Shown here: piece by piece, positions 55,955-61,494 of the stretch
How the letters are laid out: each line of letters starts with the position of its first letter
How positions within the stretch are numbered: the first letter of the stretch is position 1
Assembly (NCBI GenBank): GCA_038248895.1
Contig: JBBRWZ010000004.1
Location: 1-61,494 of the forward strand
Length of the DNA stretch: 61,494 nt
Direction: 5' to 3'
Origin: Candidatus Limnocylindria bacterium
Lineage (GTDB): Bacteria > Chloroflexota > Limnocylindria > QHBO01
Position numbers and translations under genes: made by a program
The notes under the pieces: model-generated
Database searches by the model: none
The model's input: the letters and a program-made list of their open reading frames with translations, nothing else
What the model was told of the DNA's origin: nothing

Positions 55955-56128
55955 CGATATATCGCCCGAACTGAGCGGGACCGATCCGGCCCGTCGAGGT
56001 TGATCGATATATCGAACACGGCTGCGCACGAGGCGTGCCGACGGGTACGGCTCACGCTCCCTGCGGACCGATATATCGAACAAACCCATCAGCACGGGGC
56101 CTTCCCGAGCGATCCATTCGATAAATCG
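55955..56128. repeat. intergenic four-box palindromic element, copy B
   Basis: CGATATATCG at 55955, 56005 and 56069; CGATAAATCG at 56119. Confidence 0.85.
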
Positions 56129-56264
56129 AACGGAAGGGGCTCGGCGCATTCCGACGTCCTCGGCGCCCGGCGCGGCTGGTGGTCACTCGGCGGCCGCGGC
56201 CGCGGCCGGTGGGGGTGCCGGACGGTGCGACGATCCAGGCGACGAAGAGTGCGGCGATGACCAT
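56052..56264 (-). CDS. possible small hydrophobic peptide
   Basis: AGGAGA SD then MVIAALFVAWIVAP; the 3' part runs into the repeat element, so the end is uncertain. Confidence 0.3.
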   Translation of the reverse strand: MVIAALFVAWIVAPSGTPTGRGRGRRVTTSRAGRRGRRNAPSPFRSIYRMDRSGRPRADGFVRYIGPQGA

Positions 56265-56437
56265 CGGTCTGTCTCCTGTACGTGGACTATTGGTGTCGAT
56301 CGATGGCAAGAGGGCTCCGTGGTTGGGCGGTGGGGATGTGCAGACAGCCTGAACCCCGAACATCGGTGTGACCAGCCCGAGCGCCGTCGCCGGCGTGTCC
56401 TCCTATGTGCACATGGCACACGGGGTGGCGCGACGTC

Positions 56438-56466
56438 TTGAGCGGGCGTGGTCCGTCGCCTAGGAT
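56438..56466 (+). promoter_or_regulatory. sigma-70 promoter (leaderless) for ybeY
   Basis: TTGAGC-N17-TAGGAT, ATG 8 nt later. Confidence 0.65.
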
Positions 56467-56474
56467 GACTTCCG

Positions 56475-57062
56475 ATGGACTGCAGGGTCACGATCCATGA
56501 TCGGGTCGGCAGCGAGCGACTCGCCTCGGCGGTCGAGCCGCTGACGGCCGACCAGGCTGCCTCGCTGCTCGAGGCGGCTGTTTCAGTCACGGCCCGGACG
56601 GCGCTCGGCGCACGGCCGTCCGAGGTTGAGCTGACCCTCACCGGCGACGCCGAGATGACGCACCTCAACTTCGATCACATGGGGGAGCGCGGACCGACCG
56701 ACGTCCTCTCGTTCCCGCTGCACGAGTGGGTCGTGGAGGGTGGTGCCTCCCATCTCACCGACGACGACGCCGTCCGCCCGCCCGGACCGATCCTCCTCGG
56801 TGACGTCGTCGTCGATCTCGACCAGGCGCTGCGGCAGGCGGCCGAGGGCTCGTGGTCGGTGGTCGAGGAGCTGGTCCTGCTCGCGATTCACGGGACGCTG
56901 CACCTGGTCGGGCACGACCACGCCGACCTCGACGAGGAGGCGGCGATGCGCGCCGTGGAGCACACCGTCCTCGGCACCATGCACCGGCGCCATCACGAGG
57001 TGGCGTGGCAGCCGGGATCACTGTTCGACCGCGCCGGCCATGCCGTGACCGGCGGCGTCTGA
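56475..57062 (+). CDS. ybeY: rRNA maturation RNase YbeY
   Basis: PTDVLSFP, LGDVV, HGTLHLVGHDH. Confidence 0.93.
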   Translation: MDCRVTIHDRVGSERLASAVEPLTADQAASLLEAAVSVTARTALGARPSEVELTLTGDAEMTHLNFDHMGERGPTDVLSFPLHEWVVEGGASHLTDDDAVRPPGPILLGDVVVDLDQALRQAAEGSWSVVEELVLLAIHGTLHLVGHDHADLDEEAAMRAVEHTVLGTMHRRHHEVAWQPGSLFDRAGHAVTGGV

Positions 57063-57071
57063 CCGCGACGC

Positions 57072-58184
57072 TCAGCCGGCGAAGCGTGCGGAGCTCAGGG
57101 GCGGGGGAACGCCGCCGCCGTCGAGCGCCGCATCGACGGCGATCCGTGCCGACGCAGGCCCGGTGCTGATGCCCCACGGACCGTGGCCGGCGCAGATGAC
57201 GAGGCCCTCGGCGCCGGGCAGCGGGCCGATGAACGGGCGTCCGTCGGCCGACTGCGGCCGCGCACAGCGACGCAGCTCGAGCACCCGCGCCGCCGCGACG
57301 CCAGGCAGGAAGCGCGCCCCGCGCTCGAGGATCGACGGCGCCACGGCCGCCGGGTCGGGCGCATCGACCAGGAACGTGGAGCCGAGGGCGCTGCGTCCGC
57401 CGGCCGTGGCGAGGCTGAAGACGACGTGCCCGCGTTCCGGGATGCCGAACCGGAACTCGCCGGCAACCTGCGTCCCCCCGATCTCCTCTTCCTCGAGCAC
57501 GTGCCGGGGCGCATCCGGCAGCTCGAGCTGCAGGGTGACGCCCCAGGTGCGGCGAATCCGCAGCGGCGATGCGAGCTGCGGCGGGAGGAGCTCCGGCGAC
57601 CACGGTCCGGCGGCGAGGAGGACGCGGTCGGCCGGATGTCGCGTCCCGTTCGAGAGCCGGACGCCGCGGCAGCGGCCGGCGTCGATCCACGGCTCGGCGG
57701 CCCGTCCCCGCTCGATCCGCGTGCCGCGACTGGTGGCGAGCGCGGCGTAGGCGGCCACCGCGGCGTGCGGCGGCACCGGGTAGCCGGTGGCGATGCGCAC
57801 CGCGGCGACATCGGTGGCGAGCGCGGGCTCCAGCTCGGCGAGCTCGTCGGCGCGCACGAGGCGGGGCTCGAGCTCAGGTGCGACGGCGCGGAGCGCAGCG
57901 GCATGGTCGGCCAGCGCGTCGAGGTCGGTCGCGAGGAGGAGGATGCCGGCCGGATCCGCGGGCAGCGTGAAGCCGGGCAGCGCGCGGTAGTGACGCAGTG
58001 ATTCGGCGTGCAGCGGCGCCAACACGGCGTCGTACGGATGCTGGATGGCGCCCAGGTTGCGTCCCGATGCCCCGGCCCCGAGATCCGCCGCTTCGTAGAG
58101 CGACACCGATGCGCCGCGCTCCGCTGCCATCGCCGCGGCCGCGCAGCCGATGATGCCGCCGCCGATGATCGCGAGGTCCGTCAT
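57072..58184 (-). CDS. FAD-dependent oxidoreductase (DAO/glycine oxidase family)
   Basis: IIGGGIIG, GASGRNLG, RP.S.DGRPFIG, GHGPWGI. Confidence 0.87.
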   Translation of the reverse strand: MTDLAIIGGGIIGCAAAAMAAERGASVSLYEAADLGAGASGRNLGAIQHPYDAVLAPLHAESLRHYRALPGFTLPADPAGILLLATDLDALADHAAALRAVAPELEPRLVRADELAELEPALATDVAAVRIATGYPVPPHAAVAAYAALATSRGTRIERGRAAEPWIDAGRCRGVRLSNGTRHPADRVLLAAGPWSPELLPPQLASPLRIRRTWGVTLQLELPDAPRHVLEEEEIGGTQVAGEFRFGIPERGHVVFSLATAGGRSALGSTFLVDAPDPAAVAPSILERGARFLPGVAAARVLELRRCARPQSADGRPFIGPLPGAEGLVICAGHGPWGISTGPASARIAVDAALDGGGVPPPLSSARFAG

Positions 58185-58276
58185 GCGGCGGGGCCGCGGC
58201 CGCCGGCGCATGGCTCGTGACGGGGAGGCGCTGGGGACATCCTCGCGAGGATAGCGCGGCAGCTACCATCGGCCGC

Positions 58277-58861
58277 GTGATGCGCGTGGTGTGTGGGCTC
58301 GGCAACCCGGGCGATCGCTTCCGGCTGACCCGCCACAACGTCGGCTTCCGGGTGGTCGACCTGCTCGCCGACCGCTGGTCGTTGACCGGCCAGGGTCGCG
58401 TGCGCGAGGGCGCGGCGGTGCTCGAGGCCCGGCGACCCGACCCGCTCGGACGCGTGCTGCTCGTCAAGCCGATGCGCTTCATGAACGCCTCCGGCGGCCC
58501 CCTGCGCGCTGCACTGCGCCAGACCGACGTCCAGGTCGGGACGGAGCTGCTGGTCGTGTACGACGACGCCGACCTGGAGCTCGGACGCGTCCGACTGCGT
58601 GCCGATGGCTCGGCCGGGGGGCACAACGGAATGCGCGACATCATTGCCGCGCTGGGCACGAACGCCTATCCGCGGCTGCGGATCGGCGTCGGCCGCTCCG
58701 GGCCGCTCGTGGGCCACGTCCTGGCGACATTCCGCGGCAGCGAGCGCGAGCTCGCCGACGAGATGGTCGCCGTCGGTGCCGACGCCGTCGAGACGTGGCT
58801 GCGGGACGGCCTGGAGACGGCGATGAACCGATTCAACGGCATCGACCTGGCAACCGGCTGA
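58277..58861 (+). CDS. pth: peptidyl-tRNA hydrolase
   Basis: GLGNPG, TRHNVGF, FMNASG, GGHNG, RLRIGV. Confidence 0.96.
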   Translation: MMRVVCGLGNPGDRFRLTRHNVGFRVVDLLADRWSLTGQGRVREGAAVLEARRPDPLGRVLLVKPMRFMNASGGPLRAALRQTDVQVGTELLVVYDDADLELGRVRLRADGSAGGHNGMRDIIAALGTNAYPRLRIGVGRSGPLVGHVLATFRGSERELADEMVAVGADAVETWLRDGLETAMNRFNGIDLATG

Positions 58862-58919
58862 GGAGCGGCCGGCCGGCTCCGCGCACCACGCCCCATCCCC
58901 GTACCATGATGCCGCAGCC

Positions 58920-61494
58920 ATGACCTCTCCTCGCGGCGGTGACCGCCGCCTTGCGACGCTCGTCGATGACCTGGTGCCGCACCTGCCGTCGCCGGGCGTG
59001 CTGCGCGTGCCCGCCGCCGCTCGCCCGGCCCATTTCGCGGCGCGTCGCGCCACGCTGCCGCCCGCGACGCCGCTCGTCGTCGTGGCACGCAACGACGACG
59101 AGGCCCACCGGCTCGCCGACGACCTGACGGCGTGGATCGGCGCCGATCATGTCCGAACGCTGGCCGAGCGCGCGGCGCTGCCGCTCGAGCGAGCGCTGCC
59201 CGAGCACGACGAGTCGGCGGATCGGCTCGAGGCGCTGGCCGCGCTGGCCGGGCATCGTCAGCGGATGGTGATCGTGGCGCCGCTCCTGGCGCTCGTTCAG
59301 CGGACCCTGGGCGTGGAGCAGCTGCGCGCCGCCAGGACGGTGGTGACGGTCGGGGCGCGGATCGATCAGCGCGGCCTCCTCACCGCGCTCGTTGACGGCG
59401 GCTACGAGGCGGCCGTGGAGGTCAGCGGGGTCGGGGAGTTCGCAAGCCGGGGCGGGATCGTCGACGTGTGGCCGCCGGGTGCGAGGGAGCCGCTGCGCAT
59501 CGACCTCTTTGGCGACGAGGTTGAGTCCATTCGCGCCTTCGACCCGATGACGCAGGGCAGCCGTCGTCGCGTCACCGAGGTCACCCTGCTGCCGGCGAGT
59601 GAGTTCCTCCCGGCCGGCGGCTGGGCATCGATCGCCAGCTCCGTGCCCGCTCGGACGGAGCAGATCGCGGCGGACCTCGTGCGACTCGAGCAGGGCGACG
59701 TCGCCGAGGCGGCCGAGACCTGGGCGGCGCTGCTCACCGCCGGTCCTGCCGCCGACCATCTGCCGATCGGGGCGTATGTGGTGCTCACCGATCCGGCCGA
59801 GCTGGCGGCGCTCGCCACGGATCTCGATGGGCAGGCGCTGGAGCGGCGCGACGGCCTCGTCAGCGCCGGCGAGCTGCCGGCGGCGTGGCCACTCCCGTAT
59901 GACGCCGCCGCGACCCTTGCGGCGCTCGGTGGGCGCGCCGCCGAGCGGGTCGACGAGCAGGAAGGGGGCGACGCCGGCTACCGAGCCGCGCCCATCCTTC
60001 CCGGCCGCGCCGACCACATCGCGGCGTGGCTGATCGACGAGGTGGGGGCGGACGCGGCGACGGTCATCACCACCGACCAGGCGAGCCGCATCGGCGAGCT
60101 GCTCGAGGCGGCAGGACGAACGGTGGCACCGGCGGCGGAGCTGCGGGAGGCGCCGCCGCGCGGCGCCATCGGTCTCGTCCATGGCTCGCTGACCGGCGGC
60201 CTCAGCCACCCGGCCAGCGGCCTGCTGCTGCTCAGCGATCGCGAGCTGTTCGGTGCCACGCGCATCCGCCGCCTGGCTTCGGCCAAGAAGGTGGTGACGC
60301 GCGATCTCATCGGGAAGCTGGCGCCCGGTGACCTCGTCGTGCATGTCGACCATGGGATTGCGCGCTACGTCGGGATGACGCAGCGCGCGTTCAGCGGCGC
60401 CATCAAGGAGTATCTCCAGCTCGACTTCGACGGCGACGACAAGATCTTTCTGCCGGCGGATCAGATCGGGCGGATCACCCGCTACTCGGGCGGCGCGGGA
60501 CCGGCGCTCTCGAAGCTGGGCGGCGGTGACTGGGAGCGGACGAAGCGGCGCGTGCGGCGTGCCGTCGACGATCTCGCGCGCGAGCTGCTCGCGATCTATG
60601 CGGCGCGCGAGGACGCGCCGGGCTTCGCGTTCAGCGCCGACTCCACCTGGCAGCGCGAGCTGGAGGAGAGCTTCCCGTACACCGAGACGCCCGACCAGGC
60701 ACGCAGTATCGAAGAGGTGAAGGCGGACATGCTGCGCCGGCGGCCGATGGATCGGCTCGTCGTCGGCGATGTTGGCTACGGCAAGACGGAGGTGGCGCTG
60801 CGCGCCGCGTTCAAGGCGGTGCAGGACGGGCGCCAGGTCGCGGTCCTCGTGCCGACCACGGTGCTGGCGCAGCAGCACCTGCACACGTTCCAGCGCCGCC
60901 TCGCCGCATTCCCGGTGCGCGTCGCGATGCTCAGCCGTTTCGTGCCGAAGCGCGAGCAGGAGCGGATCCTCGGCGACGTGGAGGATGGGAGCGTCGACAT
61001 CCTGATCGGGACGCATCGCATGCTCAGCCGCGACATCCGCTTCGCCGACCTGAGGCTGCTCATCGTCGACGAGGAGCAGCGCTTCGGCGTGGCGCACAAG
61101 GAGCGCCTCAAGCAGCTGCGCACCGAGGTCGACGTCCTGACGCTGTCGGCCACGCCCATCCCGCGCACGCTGCACCTGTCGCTGGTGGGCATCCGTGACC
61201 TTTCGGTGATCGAGACGCCGCCCGAGGCGCGCCTCCCCATCCAGACGAGGATCGCGGAGGACGACGACGGCCTGGTGCGGGACGCCATCAACCGCGAGCT
61301 CGACCGCGGCGGCCAGGTCTTCTATGTTCACAACCGGGTCGAGAACATCGAGGCCGCCGCCGAGCGGGTGCGACGCCTGGTGCCGCGGGCGCGCGTCGCC
61401 ATCGGTCATGGCCAGATGGCGGAGGGGATGCTGGAGCGGGTGATGGTCGACTTCAGCGAGGGTTCGACCGATGTCCTGGTGTGCACCACCATCA
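58920..61494 (+). CDS. mfd: transcription-repair coupling factor (runs off the window end)
   Basis: RGGIVDVW, VVHVDHGI (CarD-like), GDVGYGKTEVA, DEEQRFGV, SATPIPRTL; frame open to the edge, absent from the ORF track. Confidence 0.96.
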   Translation, partial: MTSPRGGDRRLATLVDDLVPHLPSPGVLRVPAAARPAHFAARRATLPPATPLVVVARNDDEAHRLADDLTAWIGADHVRTLAERAALPLERALPEHDESADRLEALAALAGHRQRMVIVAPLLALVQRTLGVEQLRAARTVVTVGARIDQRGLLTALVDGGYEAAVEVSGVGEFASRGGIVDVWPPGAREPLRIDLFGDEVESIRAFDPMTQGSRRRVTEVTLLPASEFLPAGGWASIASSVPARTEQIAADLVRLEQGDVAEAAETWAALLTAGPAADHLPIGAYVVLTDPAELAALATDLDGQALERRDGLVSAGELPAAWPLPYDAAATLAALGGRAAERVDEQEGGDAGYRAAPILPGRADHIAAWLIDEVGADAATVITTDQASRIGELLEAAGRTVAPAAELREAPPRGAIGLVHGSLTGGLSHPASGLLLLSDRELFGATRIRRLASAKKVVTRDLIGKLAPGDLVVHVDHGIARYVGMTQRAFSGAIKEYLQLDFDGDDKIFLPADQIGRITRYSGGAGPALSKLGGGDWERTKRRVRRAVDDLARELLAIYAAREDAPGFAFSADSTWQRELEESFPYTETPDQARSIEEVKADMLRRRPMDRLVVGDVGYGKTEVALRAAFKAVQDGRQVAVLVPTTVLAQQHLHTFQRRLAAFPVRVAMLSRFVPKREQERILGDVEDGSVDILIGTHRMLSRDIRFADLRLLIVDEEQRFGVAHKERLKQLRTEVDVLTLSATPIPRTLHLSLVGIRDLSVIETPPEARLPIQTRIAEDDDGLVRDAINRELDRGGQVFYVHNRVENIEAAAERVRRLVPRARVAIGHGQMAEGMLERVMVDFSEGSTDVLVCTTI

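Noticed and set aside
55955-56128. CRISPR array
   Set aside because: Repeats are only 10-13 bp, spacing alternates 50/64/50, the halves are inverted copies, and no cas genes are present.
56404-56420. CRP/Rex-like site TGTGCACATGGCACA
   Set aside because: Spacing and half-sites do not fit either consensus; a single weak instance.

Overview
High-GC bacterial chromosomal window made up mostly of housekeeping genes. The Firmicutes-type LexA (Cheo) box, CIRCE elements, lepA-hemW-hrcA-grpE-dnaK...dnaJ-prmA-rsmE-HIT-rpsU-yqeY-HD-ybeY synteny and absence of outer-membrane genes suggest Chloroflexota, possibly Limnocylindria/Ellin6529 (inference). It contains an SOS-boxed dnaE2, a metal/envelope cluster, a complete arg operon (argH-C-J-B-R-G-A-D-F) divergent from carAB with ARG boxes, udp, gap-pgk-eno, rpsT, the heat-shock superoperon, pth and a truncated mfd. 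I found no rRNA, tRNA, CRISPR array, transposase or prophage. The most notable observations are: (1) two related intergenic four-palindrome elements with the same 50/62-64/50 bp geometry, 48 kb apart; (2) a ~230-aa repeat- and IR-containing insertion in DnaE2; (3) an in-frame amber codon in a carB that also lacks the MGS domain; (4) a secreted lamin-tail/multi-OB protein behind a Pho-box-like 11-bp repeat, next to udp; (5) S20 with a histone-like tail; (6) an internally deleted mini-GNAT; (7) pervasive leaderless promoters. All protein calls come from motif recognition by eye; no searches were run.
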